Assembly (NCBI GenBank): GCA_918797485.1
Contig: CAKKNE010000005.1
Span: 2,418,001 to 2,482,000 of the forward strand
DNA length: 64,000 nt
Origin: Pelagomonas calceolata
Lineage: Eukaryota
Direction: 5' to 3'
Shown here: positions 21,378 through 32,152 of the stretch, in pieces
Position numbering within the stretch: the first letter of the stretch is position 1
Layout of the letters: every line of letters starts with the position of its first letter
The notes under the pieces: model-generated
Database searches by the model: none
Seen by the model: only the letters and a program-made list of their open reading frames with translations
What the model was told of the DNA's origin: nothing
Program-made: the position numbers and the translations under genes

Positions 21378-21397
21378 CTAGTCCTAGCACCGTAACA
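21378..21397 (-). repeat. Oriented 3'-flank element core
   Basis: CTAGTCCTAGCACCGTAACA on +, identical to copies within 24716-24790; flanked by a 14-bp direct repeat CAGCAGGAGGCTAG (21368-21381, 21402-21415). Confidence 0.7.
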
Positions 21398-21501
21398 TAA
21401 TCAGCAGGAGGCTAGCCGCAGGACATTCAGGGGGGACGCGGCCCCGCGCGGGCGAGACGCGGCGCGAGTGTATAAACGAGTCACATGCTTAGTCGTATAG
21501 C

Positions 21502-24318
21502 TCAGTAGAAGTTCTGCGGCGGCGGCTGCATTTGCTGCGGCGGCACGGGTGGCATCGGCGGCGGCGCAAACTGCTGCGGCGGTGGATAACCTACAGGCGC
21601 GCCGTACGACGAAGGCGGCGGCCCCTGGCCGTAGAAGCCGCCCTGGTTGTTGTACTCGGCGGCGAAGCGCCCGTCGGCCGGCGCCGCGCCCTGCATGTAG
21701 CCGCCGCCGCGCATCGCACTGTAGGAGCGCACGGGCGGCTGGAGCGTATTTTGACGAGGTGGGTAGCTCCTATCCACAGCACCGGCGAAGTCCGGCGGCG
21801 GGCCCGGCTGGTACGGCTGCGCCGTCGCGTTGAACGAGTTCGACCGTTCCGCTCGAGGTCGCGGCGGCGGCGGGCCTCTCCTACCCAACTCCAACCGCTG
21901 TAACGCCGCAAAGTCCGCCTCAGCTCTCGCTCTTTGAGCGTCGATCTTCTCGCGCTGCTTCATCAGTTCGTCCCGTTCCCGCTCGCGCTGGGCCTTGGCC
22001 GCGTCTTCTCTCTTTACAACCTCTTCTCGTTCCCGCCGCATCTTCGCCACGCGCCGGCGCTCGTCCAGAGCTTTTGCTTGTTCTTCGGCCAAGGCTTTTC
22101 TTTCGGCCGCTAACGCGTCCCGAGCTTCACTTACTGCTTTGGCCTCGGCCGCGAGCTTCTGGTGCTCCGCTTCGACGTTTTTGCGCGCTTCTACGACTCT
22201 TGAGTCGACGCGGGGCTCCCTCGGTGAAGCTACTCGTGACGGCGCCTCCCTTGCCAGAGGTGCGCCGTGGGCGAACCGACACTTCGCCCCGAAGACGCAC
22301 GACCCTTCCTGCTTCCACCTTCTACAGAGCCCGGCGCCGTCCTTGTCGCCCTGCGTGGCCACGTTGCGTTGCGCCCGCGGACTCTTCTTCGGCGGCTCCG
22401 AGCTGTAGGGTACATCATGTCTATCTCGACACTTCGCCCCGAATCTACACTGGCCCGTGTCCCTATAGACCTTGCAGACGCGCTGCTTTTCAGCTTTCAC
22501 AGGTACTTCGACGGTCCGGCCCTTCTTCTTCTCTGATGACGGTTGAGTCCCCCATTTCTTGAGGGCGTTGCGCACGACCCTCCTAGTCTTCTTGTCGACG
22601 GCCATCTCCTCGTAGTCCGCGTCGTCGAGCAGTGCTAGAGCCTCCATGTCGATCTCGTTTTCTTGGAGGAGCGGCACGAGCCACGCGTAGTCCTGGTACA
22701 AGCCCGAATCTCTCAAAAATGAATCGACGGAAGGCATCTTGTTGCCGTGCTGTTGCTTCATGAGTAAGCGGATCGCTTTTCTATCTTTTTTCCGGATCGC
22801 CTCCTGGACGTCGCCGCCGTAAGGCAAACTCTTGGCCTTCTCCTTCTTGATGCGCTCATCTGCTCTCTCATTCACCTTCTTCTGTTCGAGCTTCTCCCTC
22901 CTCTTAGTCTCCTTGTCCTTCTTTGGTAATTGGGTGGGCGGCCGGTCGTCTTGCCGATCCGCGACGATATTCAGCTTCCGCGAGTTAGACGGTGCCAACT
23001 GAAATTCGAGGGGCCCGCCGTACTTGGCCGGCTTTTTCACGACGATGCCGTACTTCTCGGCTCTAGTAGCGATCCACTGGCCCGCGCCGGAGCCCTTCCT
23101 CGGGATGTCGGGATGGGCCTTGTAGAAGGCGTTCAAGTGGTTGGAACGCAAGGGACCGGTGGCCTGGATGTGTTTCCTAACGGTATCCATGAATTGGATG
23201 TCCTCTTCGGGTATCTCCGGGGCCTTGGCGTCCTTCTTGTCCTTCTTCTCCTGCGCGGGGACCGACGCCGTCGCGCGTAGACTCCCTGACGGCCGCGTCG
23301 ACGGGGTTGAGGCGACGTGGTCTCATGAAGACGCCATCGCGGCGACCGCGTCGGGACGCCGGGGCCGCGCCTTCTTCTCCTTCTTCTTCTTGTCAGGCTT
23401 CTGGGCCTGGGCGGCCTTCTGGCGCGCTTCTATTGCGGCTCTATAGGCCGCCTTGGCCGCGGCGCCCGTCAATGGTTTGGGCTTGTCTTCGAGGGCCTTT
23501 TTGGCCTTATTGGCGGCGTTGGCCGCTTCAGAAGCGGCGTCGCCCTTGGCCTTTGCTTTCGCGTAGGCTTCGGCCGCGTCCTCTTCGTTATTGTCATCAG
23601 CGACTCCTTCTAGTAAAGGGGACTTGCAGGGCTTGCACGTGACGTCGGCGGCGCGCGGCTCGGAGGCGTCTCCACTTGACTCTTGGGGCGGCGGCGGCGG
23701 CGGCGCGCGGCCCGCGGCCATGGCCGCGACGGCCGCCGCCGCGGCCTTGTCGTGCGCCGCCATGCCGTCCTGAGGAGCGTCCTCGGTCGCCATCTTCGTA
23801 GACTCGTCGGCTTTGGCGACCTCGGCCGCGAGGGTCGCCTTGAGTTTATCAATCGTCGCCGGCGGCGCCGGCTCGGACGCGGCCCAGCCGTCTTCCTTGG
23901 TGCTGTTTCCTAGGATGCTGGGCGCCGGGCCCGCCGGCACTCCGAGGATGCTCGGCGGCGGCCCCGCCGGCGCCGGCGCCGGCGGAGGAGGCGCCCGCTT
24001 GTCCTGCTCGGCGACGAGGTCCGACAGCGACCGGCGCGTCGGCGCCGCCGCGGCCGCCGCCGCGAGGGCCTCGGCGGGCTCGGGCGCCGGCGCCGGGGGC
24101 GCGGGCGCGGGCGCTGCCGCGGGCGCCGGCGCCGGGGGCGCGGGCGCGGGCGCCGCCGGGGGCGCCTCGCCCCGCTCCTTCGCGGTGCGCCACGCCATGA
24201 TCGTCCGGATCGCCTCGCGGTCCTGGGCCTTGGCCGCGGCCTGGACGTCGCCGCCGTAGGGGAGGTCCGCGGCTGTAGTGGAGCCGTTTGCGGCGCCCGG
24301 GGCGGGCGGCGCGGACAT
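21502..24318 (-). CDS. CCCH zinc-finger + SAM-domain RNA-binding-type protein (exons 24318-23371, 23250-21502)
   Basis: Two CCCH fingers (CKVYRDTGQCRFGAKCRDRH, CRRWKQEGSCVFGAKCRFAH), SAM-like SVDSFLRDSGL...ENEIDMEAL, coiled coil, P/Q/Y-rich tail. A GC-AG intron restores the frame. Confidence 0.8.
23251..23370 (-). other. Spliceosomal intron, 120 nt GC-AG
   Basis: AAG|GCGCGG...CCGCGCAG|GAG removes the stop at 23323 and joins KKEKK|EKKDKK. Confidence 0.75.
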
Positions 24319-24498
24319 TTTGGCTGGATCTATCTAGTGACCTCTCCCTTGCTATCTCCGCGAGCAGGAGCCGAGGGAGCGAACCGGCGAGCTGATCTGT
24401 GCTTTGTTGAGCACTGGCGCGTTGTGATGAGCGCGCAATAACTTGTGTTGCCCTAATCACGCCCAGCGGGGTGCGACCTCGCGACGCCCTCCAGGTTT

Positions 24499-24522
24499 GC
24501 TAGTGTGTTACTGGCCGCTAGC
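24499..24522. promoter_or_regulatory. Paired-CTAG dyad element
   Basis: GCTAGTGTGTTACTGGCCGCTAGC about 180 bp upstream of the 24318 ATG. Confidence 0.6.
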
Positions 24523-24588
24523 AATTAAGGTCGCCGCGGGAAGTCGCGGGGACAAGTTGATTGAACGGGCGAACGTTGTACATTGTTC

Positions 24589-24610
24589 GGGGGGGGGGGG
24601 GGGGGGGGGG
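24589..24610 (+). repeat. G22 homopolymer
   Basis: 22 consecutive G, intergenic. Confidence 0.9.
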
Positions 24611-24671
24611 TGCCGAGGCGGTTCTGCTTAGAAGGAGGTATTCTGTTATGAAAGAAGCGGCCCGCGCCCGC

Positions 24672-24790
24672 CGCCGATGAATCGGCGACGCGCGGTGTCT
24701 CCCCCCCAGGGGCTACGCCCACTAGTCCTAGCACCGTAACATCGACTTCACAAATTCCGCGCTCCGCCCACTAGTCCTAGCACCGTAACA
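24672..24790 (-). repeat. Dispersed 3'-flank element (about 65 bp) plus tandem second core
   Basis: 26-bp CGCCCACTAGTCCTAGCACCGTAACA twice (24716-24741, 24765-24790); 24672-24741 matches the reverse complement of 50903-50967. Confidence 0.75.
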
Positions 24791-24830
24791 ATGACGACAA
24801 AAAAATAGATAACAACATCCCCTTACTCAC

Positions 24831-25634
24831 TCACTGGTACACGACGTCCGTGCGCAACAGGTACTTGACGCCGCCCGTGACCGGCGCGCCCGCGTGCGTC
24901 AGGCACCGCTGGCCGTGCGCGTGGAGCAGCACCGCGCCGTCCGTCGGCGGAAACGCGAAGAGCACGTCTGGCTTTTCGTGGTCCCGGAAGAACGTCGTCG
25001 CGCCGCCCTCGCACGCGCTCAGGTATAATAACACGGTAAACTCCGTGCGGCCCCGCGGAAGAATCTCCGCGCCGTCGACGTGGCGGCCGAAGCGCTGGCC
25101 CTCACTATAACGGTAGAGCCTCAAATTTGGATTGCAGGCCACGGGCTTCTTCCCATATAACGTATCCGGCAGCAAGGGCCGGATCCGCCTAAAAATCGCC
25201 TCCGCGGCGGCGTCGTCCCGTAATGACAACCTTCCATGGAAGCGCTCGGCCGTGCCCGCCGTCCGCTTGCTCTGTATATCCTTGAACCCGGGTCGCTGGG
25301 GCGGCTCGTCCCCCGGGGCCCATCGGCCGTCCGGCCCCGGCTTCGGCGGCATAGTAGCCATCTCGCCGAAGGCGATCCAGGCGTAGCACTCCTCGGCCGT
25401 CAGCGCATTAGAGGCCGTGACGACGCAGGGGCCGACGGCGTCGTGGACGCGCACGGCGCCCGTGGCGTCGAGCGTGGACGGCGGCTGCTCTGCTTGTTCG
25501 GAAATCGGGAAGTACTCGTCCGTCGGCGGCAGGATGGGTAAAAAAGCGGGCAGCTTGACCGGCTTCGGCGGCGCGTTGGCCAGCCAGGCGCCCGACCGCG
25601 GGGGCGCGGTTCCCGTTCGCTGCTTTTTGCCCAT
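24831..25634 (-). CDS. 2OG-Fe(II) oxygenase (prolyl-4-hydroxylase-like)
   Basis: NPNLRLYRYSEGQRFGRHVDG (HxD), FTVLLYLS..EGGAT, distal H in LTHAG, KYLLRTDV. Confidence 0.9.
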   Translation of the reverse strand: MGKKQRTGTAPPRSGAWLANAPPKPVKLPAFLPILPPTDEYFPISEQAEQPPSTLDATGAVRVHDAVGPCVVTASNALTAEECYAWIAFGEMATMPPKPGPDGRWAPGDEPPQRPGFKDIQSKRTAGTAERFHGRLSLRDDAAAEAIFRRIRPLLPDTLYGKKPVACNPNLRLYRYSEGQRFGRHVDGAEILPRGRTEFTVLLYLSACEGGATTFFRDHEKPDVLFAFPPTDGAVLLHAHGQRCLTHAGAPVTGGVKYLLRTDVVYQ

Positions 25635-25883
25635 TGTTTCTGGGCTGCAGCAAAGCGCTCGTCGGCTGCGACTTCTTCTCGCTGCGACACCACTGTAGTT
25701 GTGATCAATGTGCTCGTTTCCACGCCAATGACACGCCAAAAAAATAATCACAGAATGATCCTAGTGTCACAAGCCCTCTAGCTGCGAAACGCGAACGCTG
25801 GGCGGTACTCGCTCAAGCTGGCTCATTGCCGAACCGACTCGTCACCGACTCAGAGATCAAATCAACAATTTTAGAGGCAAGGG

Positions 25884-26969
25884 TCAGCTCTCACAGACCC
25901 CACACGCGGACACGACCGCTTCAGATGAAACCGCGCCCGACGAGTCCCCCAGCTGCTCCAGCTCCTCGAAGACGTCGCCACCCTTCAGCACCCTCCCAAA
26001 GACGACGTGCTTCCCGTCGAGCCACGTACAATCACCCAAGGTAACAAAAAACTGCGACTTGTTCGAGTCGGGACCGCTGTTCGCCATCGACAGCAACCCC
26101 CTATCAGCGTGGGAGAAGGGGAACGCCTCATCCGCGAAAGCCCCACCATAGATGGACACGCCGCCCGTGCCGTCTCCACTAGTAACGTCCCCGCCCTGGC
26201 AGCAGAAGCCCGGGATGATGCGGTGGAACGGCGAGCCCTTGTAACTCATCCCTTCAAAACCCTCGCACAAGCTCACGAAGTTCTTCACTGTCAAAGGCAC
26301 GTCGTCGCCGAACAGGCCGAACTCGACCCTTCCTTTAAATTCTCCCTCTATATCTATATCGAAGAACACCCTATCTGTTACTGTGGCTTTGGCAGCATCA
26401 CCCTCGTCCCGCAAAAAGCCGTCCCAGTACTCCCTTGACCCCGAAGCCTTCTGCACATCCAACACGAGTTGATTCTCTTCGAGCGACCAGAACGAGTCGT
26501 CTCTATCAATGTCGCCCCCGAGGTCGCCCTCCAATACTATATCTCCGGAGACCGTCGCTAGTATCGAGCTTCGCGACGGGTAGTCTACTTTGATTTGTTT
26601 CGTAGATGTCCCTTCGGCGACGGGCGCCGCCACGGTGATAGAACTCTCGGTCTGCTGCCAGACGTACGTCTTGCCGCCGCCCTCCCTCTTGCCCACTTCG
26701 CTCCCGCCGTAGGCATCGTACGGCGATGTGAGTGCGTCGTCGCCGCCCCCCAACTGCGCCATCAATTCGTCGAAGCCGGGGCCCGCCGGCATGTCGTCGT
26801 ACGACAGGTTCGGCGCTCCTGGTAATTCATCTGTTGGATCTTTGTTGTTGGGATCGCTCTTGTAGGCGTCCACATCAAAGTCGTCCGACGCTCTGCGTAT
26901 TATTCTGGTGCGCGTCGGTGGCGTGAGGGCAGCACTCGTGATCAGCACCGCGAGGCATCTGAGCGCCAT
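25884..26969 (-). CDS. Cyclophilin with N-terminal CS (p23/NudC-like) domain, probably plastid-targeted
   Basis: VFFDI...YKGSPFHRIIPGFCCQGGD...LSMANSGPDSNKSQFF...WLDGKHVVFG; YVWQQTESSI...SFWSLE CS domain; signal plus transit peptide. Confidence 0.9.
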   Translation of the reverse strand: MALRCLAVLITSAALTPPTRTRIIRRASDDFDVDAYKSDPNNKDPTDELPGAPNLSYDDMPAGPGFDELMAQLGGGDDALTSPYDAYGGSEVGKREGGGKTYVWQQTESSITVAAPVAEGTSTKQIKVDYPSRSSILATVSGDIVLEGDLGGDIDRDDSFWSLEENQLVLDVQKASGSREYWDGFLRDEGDAAKATVTDRVFFDIDIEGEFKGRVEFGLFGDDVPLTVKNFVSLCEGFEGMSYKGSPFHRIIPGFCCQGGDVTSGDGTGGVSIYGGAFADEAFPFSHADRGLLSMANSGPDSNKSQFFVTLGDCTWLDGKHVVFGRVLKGGDVFEELEQLGDSSGAVSSEAVVSACGVCES

Positions 26970-27256
26970 CGTGCCGGCGGAGCGGTGCGTTACGAGCAGT
27001 TCTGGGCTCGCGTGGCTCCGTTGAAAGCTGTGATGATCGCTGTTGAACTCTGAGTCGGCAGCGGCTGCGTAAGACTGGGCAGAGCTCGAGGCGGCGAGGC
27101 AGCACAGCGGAGAGCAGGCTTGGCAAGCGCCGCGACCGCTCACTCTTTCAACGCAGCTGGCCTTCCGTGGCTGCACACGACTCCCGCAAAGACGTTTCGG
27201 AGACCTCGGACGCGCGCTCGGCGCGGCAGCACATGTGCTCACCAGCAGCAAAGGAC

Positions 27257-27784
27257 ATGGCTGCAGCCTTGGACGAGGCAGACGCCGGAGAAATGCCGCC
27301 GCCGCCACCGGTAGCCAAGACGGCCACGAGCGACTACACCATCGGCGAGTTTGGGCTTGCGCCGCCGCCGCCGCCGACGCGCGCGGCGCTCGGCGCGGAC
27401 GTCTCAACAACGCTCGAGGCGCTCCAGACGTTGGTAAGGGTCGAGGAGGGCATGCCGCCCGTGAGCGCCGGCGGTTTGCAATCGCAGTTCCTGAAAGGGG
27501 ACGACCTCGAGAGCGTGACAAGGGCAACAACACGAGAACTGCCCGAGGGCTGGCGGTCGGTGCCGTCGGCCTCGCGGAAGGGCGAGGTGAGCTACGTCCA
27601 CGCCGCGACGGGCTTCAAGCAGTCGAGGTTCCCGACGGGGCCTCCGTCTGATTCCGCGGTGGAGAAATACCGAGCAGCCTTGAAGGCAAAGTCGAAGAAA
27701 CGGAAGGCCACGGCGCCTTTGCTGAAAAACGCGCCGACGGCGAACTGGCAGAGCTACCTCAAGAAGCAGGGGGCGAAGCGGTGA
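27257..27784 (+). CDS. WW-domain protein
   Basis: LPEGWRSVPSASRKGEVSYVHAATGFKQSRFP; basic C-terminus. Confidence 0.7.
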   Translation: MAAALDEADAGEMPPPPPVAKTATSDYTIGEFGLAPPPPPTRAALGADVSTTLEALQTLVRVEEGMPPVSAGGLQSQFLKGDDLESVTRATTRELPEGWRSVPSASRKGEVSYVHAATGFKQSRFPTGPPSDSAVEKYRAALKAKSKKRKATAPLLKNAPTANWQSYLKKQGAKR

Positions 27785-28032
27785 CGGTGCGACGCGGCGT
27801 CGAAGCTCCGGGGTGCCTTCGCCTCGACGTTACAAAAACGGCAGAAAATGATAGGCGGCCAGGCCGGCCCAAAAGGGGCCCATGTCATGGCCTCGGCGCG
27901 CAGGGACTACCTGCCGGAGAGCGAGCGACGGAGCTATCCTACGCGGCCCGCGTGTTTATCGCGGGGCGCGCTTGGCTCGAGCGCGGTCATCCCTCGCAGG
28001 TCGCCTAGGTCGTAATTAATCACACACTCTTA

Positions 28033-28794
28033 TTAACTAGCGTCTCGCCACGGCGCGGTGATCGTCGACGCCTCGCGAAGCTCGTCGTCGTCGTCGGAAG
28101 CGAGCGCGGCGGCCCAGGCAGGCGGCGCAGGCATCGCGGCGAAGGACCGCGGCGAGGGCACGCGCGGCTCGTTCGGGCTCCTACACCGATCATCGTCCTC
28201 CTCGGGCGTCGTCTCGGGGCCGCCCGACGTCACGGCGGGCGCGTCGTCGTTGATGCGTGTCAGTAAAACCGTCGGCGTCTTGTCTGGAGACGCCTCCGCC
28301 AAAGCAAGCGACCACTCGACGGACGGCGCCGTCACGCGCGGTGGTTTCAGTCGAAACCGCGTGCCCGCGGCCGCCGCGAGAGAAGGGGCTCGATTGACCC
28401 AGCCCGGGACCTTCCTTACGTTAAGTAATTCACAAAAAGCGTCGCTAAAATGGTTGCAGTTGTTCGTCAGGGGATCGTAGTTGTGCGCCGTGAACTTACG
28501 TTGCAACACTGATAAAGCGTCCCTTACCTGACCATCAGACGCAGTTCGTGTCAACAATATTTGATGAGTCAAACGACAACGCGGTATTTTGTGCGGCTCC
28601 GTCACAACAATACCTTCCAGCGTGAAGGCGAACTCGCGTTCATCCACTTGAATCCCGGAATGGTGGATGCCGCAGGAGAGCCACTTCCCCAGAGCGTAGT
28701 GGAAGGGGTGGTCGACGACGTCGTAGACATTTAGAGTTATTGTGGAGTCGTCTCGCTTCTGGACCATGCGCGCGGTCAGGGGGCGCTCGGCCAT
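28033..28794 (-). CDS. PPPDE/DeSI-family peptidase (deSUMOylase/deubiquitinase-like)
   Basis: ITLNVYD, GIHHSGIQV (catalytic His), YDPLTNNCNHFS (catalytic Cys), VPGWVNR. Confidence 0.9.
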   Translation of the reverse strand: MAERPLTARMVQKRDDSTITLNVYDVVDHPFHYALGKWLSCGIHHSGIQVDEREFAFTLEGIVVTEPHKIPRCRLTHQILLTRTASDGQVRDALSVLQRKFTAHNYDPLTNNCNHFSDAFCELLNVRKVPGWVNRAPSLAAAAGTRFRLKPPRVTAPSVEWSLALAEASPDKTPTVLLTRINDDAPAVTSGGPETTPEEDDDRCRSPNEPRVPSPRSFAAMPAPPAWAAALASDDDDELREASTITAPWRDAS

Positions 28795-29089
28795 CTTGTT
28801 GCTGCCACCGCTCGTCCGTCGGTCCAACGCTGCTCCGCGCGCGCGGTGTGGACCCGCGTGGGGCAGCTCTGGCGACCTGCGGCAGTGCGAATGGCAAAAT
28901 TCAGCAGCTGCCAAAACACATCGGAAAAAATCAATCTATGCGTCCGGGACGGATGCGTCGGCCGCGCCGCCGCCGGGTGATTCTCTAAAACAAGTTCGCG
29001 CTTCGCCTTCGATGCTAAAAAAGAATTCAGGGTCGAACTTGGATGGCTGCCGGGCCGCTGCCCATGAGATTGAAAACGAAACGCTGAGC

Positions 29090-29305
29090 ATGGCCAAAAG
29101 CAAGAAAGCGGCTGCCAAGGCTCCAGCCAAACGCACGCGCGACCCGCTGGGCCCGACGAAACACGAGCTGCGCTGCGCTGCTAAGTCGCAGACCAAGAAT
29201 TGCTACCTCGGGGGCAGCAAAGCGCTCTACCAAACGTCGGCGCAGCAGCGTCGAGCGCGGACGCTCCGCGCGAAGAAAGCCAGCGCGGCGGCGCGCCGGC
29301 CATGA
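29090..29305 (+). CDS. Small basic protein (71 aa) overlapping the next start codon
   Basis: MAKSKKAAAKAPAKRTRDPLGPTKHELRCAAK...; its stop shares ATGA with the 29302 ATG. Confidence 0.45.
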   Translation: MAKSKKAAAKAPAKRTRDPLGPTKHELRCAAKSQTKNCYLGGSKALYQTSAQQRRARTLRAKKASAAARRP

Positions 29306-30492
29306 GGGCACTCCTCCTCCTCGGCCTTGCGCCCGCGTCGAGCTCGCTGCTGCGGCGATGGTGGGCCGGTGGGAACGCCACCGCCCACCGCCTTTTTACG
29401 CCGTCGCCGCGAGCGGAGGAGAACCTGCTCGCGTCCTATTACGACCCTCGTGCGGTTGCGTGGTGCGAAAGGAAGTACCGAGAGCTGCCCGGTGTCGTGA
29501 CGGGCTGCGGCTTCCGGGCGATCAAACGTGATTGGCTGCATAAATACGACTGCGGCCACGTCGTCCGGCACCTGGCCGAGGCCGACGCTGTGTCTGCACC
29601 AGATATCGTGGCGGCGGCGCGCGTCTACGCGGGCAATTGCCCGTTCTTCATCGACGACCGTCCGTGGCCCGAGCCCGGCCGCTTCGTGTATTTCGGCGAA
29701 GCGTCGAAGCGGCGGCGCGCGGCGGTCACGCCGCCGGCCGCGTGGCGGCCGTGGGTCTGCGACGGCACGGTCGCCATCGACGTGGGCGCGGCGTGGGGCG
29801 ACACTGCGACGTCGATGGCGCTCGCGGCCGGCCCGCGCGGCGCGGTCTTCGCGCTCGAGCTTATTCCGGCGCTGCACCACCACAACGTCGTCAACGCGCT
29901 CGCGAACCGCAATTTGTCTCGTCTGATACCGGTGAACGTCGCGGTCCGCGGGCCCGGCGCCGGTAAACTGCCGAAGACGGTGCGCGCCGTGCGCGTGTGG
30001 CGGTGGTTTTCGCAAGCGCTGCCCCACCTACGAAAGCACGTGTCCTTCGTCAAAATTGATGTGGACGCGCTTTCAGCGTTGACCGCCGTGGAGTTGCTGG
30101 AAGACCTCGAGGCGGCGGACGAACGCCCGGTGATCAAGGCCGAGTGGTTCGGCGGAGATCGGAAACGGGGTTGCACGCGCGAGACGGAGAAAGTTTGGGA
30201 GGCCGCGCGGACCGCGGGCTACGGCGTCTTCGCCGCCGACGCAACAACCTCCCTCGAAAGCTGCGCCGCGGCGCTCGCGCGCGCGCGGGCGCACGACGGC
30301 GGCGCATTCCCGGGCGGCGGCGGCTCTCTGTACGCGGACCTCTATCTCCTGCCGGGTGGGATAAGCGCGGTCGCCAGGCGCTGCCCGCCGGTCCTACCAA
30401 AAAGCGCCGCGGTCCCGGCGCTCCCCATCGGCCGGGGCGACGTCCTGCCTGGCGGCCGTGGTCGCCGGCGGCGGCGCCGACGCGGGCGATGA
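29302..30492 (+). CDS. Secretory-pathway FkbM-family SAM methyltransferase
   Basis: Signal peptide MRALLLLGLAPASS; GTVAIDVGAAWGDT, GAVFALE, FVKIDVD. Confidence 0.8.
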   Translation: MRALLLLGLAPASSSLLRRWWAGGNATAHRLFTPSPRAEENLLASYYDPRAVAWCERKYRELPGVVTGCGFRAIKRDWLHKYDCGHVVRHLAEADAVSAPDIVAAARVYAGNCPFFIDDRPWPEPGRFVYFGEASKRRRAAVTPPAAWRPWVCDGTVAIDVGAAWGDTATSMALAAGPRGAVFALELIPALHHHNVVNALANRNLSRLIPVNVAVRGPGAGKLPKTVRAVRVWRWFSQALPHLRKHVSFVKIDVDALSALTAVELLEDLEAADERPVIKAEWFGGDRKRGCTRETEKVWEAARTAGYGVFAADATTSLESCAAALARARAHDGGAFPGGGGSLYADLYLLPGGISAVARRCPPVLPKSAAVPALPIGRGDVLPGGRGRRRRRRRGR

Positions 30493-30711
30493 CGCCGTGG
30501 GCGCGACGAGGCTGCATGCGGCGACGCGGGCCGGGGCGGCGTCGTATGATCAAATCATCTTATACTTGGGGGAGGACGTGTGTTCAGGACTTTTTTGAAC
30601 GCGGCGGGGTTAGACACCCTGGTAGGGGTGTCCCGCTCAGCTGTAACGGGGGAAGGGGATCGTCGCGGCGGGGTTAGACTTCAACCGAAGTCCCGCTCGG
30701 CGACGTATAAG

Positions 30712-31473
30712 TCAGACGCTCCGCTTCTGACAAACAGGCGTCGTCACCTCCGGGGCCGCCGGCTGCGGTACCGTGACTTTCAGGACCCAGCGGTCTCCAA
30801 ATACAGTGTGAGGCGCCTCGCCGCGCAGCTCCAAATGGGGCCGCTCCCAGGTCGTCCCGAGGCCCCACCTTGCTAGTATAGAATCGCACGCGTCGCGACA
30901 GCTCCCGTCGTCCGCCCAGAGCGCGTTGTCCTCACACGAACCGAACTTCTCGCGATCGCCACCACCGACCGCTAGGAACGGGCTTCCGGACTTCTCGTTC
31001 ACTGAATACAAATCGTCCGTGAAGCGCAAAAAGACAAAGGCGTACATCGAGTTCGGTTCCGACCACATCAGTTGACGCATGCACGACAGGCCCCGTCCCA
31101 ACGCTTCCCGCCTCCGCAGGAAGGTCTTGGCTCGCAGGGCCCAGGCGAAGTCTCGCCTATTACGAGAGGTCCTCTTTGCTAGAGCCGCCAATGCACCTAG
31201 GTCTAATTCTAAGCGTAGCCAGTCCGCCACGCCACCGAACGCCGCCAGCTCGACGTTCGGCGGCAACGAAAAGTCGTCGGGGTCCTCGAAGAACCGTTCA
31301 ATGGCCTCGCCCAGGCCCGGGCCCCAGCCGGCTAGACGAGCCGCGGAAGGATCGAGCTGGCGCACGTCACCCGAACTACAGGCCGTGACCGCCGTCAATA
31401 GTGAAGACGCGCGCTTCCGCAAACAGGTCTCGGGCACGTCGAAGGCGTCGGCGCCGTTTATTACAAAGCGCAT
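30712..31473 (-). CDS. Hypothetical protein with BTB/POZ-like N-terminus
   Basis: MRFVINGADAFDVPETCLRKRASSLL...EAIERFF...ADWLRL; start uncertain. Confidence 0.55.
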   Translation of the reverse strand: MRFVINGADAFDVPETCLRKRASSLLTAVTACSSGDVRQLDPSAARLAGWGPGLGEAIERFFEDPDDFSLPPNVELAAFGGVADWLRLELDLGALAALAKRTSRNRRDFAWALRAKTFLRRREALGRGLSCMRQLMWSEPNSMYAFVFLRFTDDLYSVNEKSGSPFLAVGGGDREKFGSCEDNALWADDGSCRDACDSILARWGLGTTWERPHLELRGEAPHTVFGDRWVLKVTVPQPAAPEVTTPVCQKRSV

Positions 31474-32152
31474 CTTGATGGGGCTCCTCGGGGGGGGCTG
31501 CGCCGCGGCCGCTTTCACCCGGGGGGGCTGCGGGGCGTCGCTGGGGTCCGCTGCGGGTTCCCGCTTGTGTCGGGGCGCGCCGGCGGGGCGTCCCGCGGCT
31601 ATTTCAGCGCCGCGTTTGAGAATAAATGAGACCGTCTGAGAATTGCGAGGCGCGCGGGTTCGCGGCCTTTCGGTGCGTCGGGCGCGTGGGAGGTGCTCCC
31701 TGGACGCGTGGACGGTCCCGGCTTGGACGCGGTCCGCGTTTTAGTTTTTTTTGTGGCTCCGGTTCTGTCCTCAGAGTCACGCCGAGTCACGCTGATTTTG
31801 ACCGGAGACGTCCCTGGGTAGACCTAGGACGGGTGGGAGGTTGTAAGGATCACTCCGGTGTCGGGCCTGAGCTTCGTCTGCCGCTCAGGCGCCGCCAATA
31901 CCCAGTCCGCAGCAAGCGTGCAACTGGACTCCGAAGCAACCCCGACCTGTGCAAATTGAAGAGGACCGCAAATCCAATTGGCACGCGCAATTTGGCGCCG
32001 TCTCGAGTCCGCGGAGCAACTCGACGGTCAGGCGGCACAAATCAAGTGTTTCGCAACGCGCGGCGCGTCGGCGTGCAGACGGACTGCGAGAGCCTGGCGC
32101 AGCCTCAACATAGCCCTTGGAAGCCCCTCGACGAGCTGCGCCCCGCTGAACC

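Noticed and set aside
24716..24790. Two 26-bp direct repeats with a 23-bp spacer as a mini-CRISPR
   Set aside because: Only two units, and the same sequence occurs singly elsewhere as a dispersed 3'-flank element.
30492..30677. Alternative-frame extension of the FkbM gene C-terminus
   Set aside because: No splice sites or homology I can support; it cannot be distinguished from a GC-rich shadow ORF.
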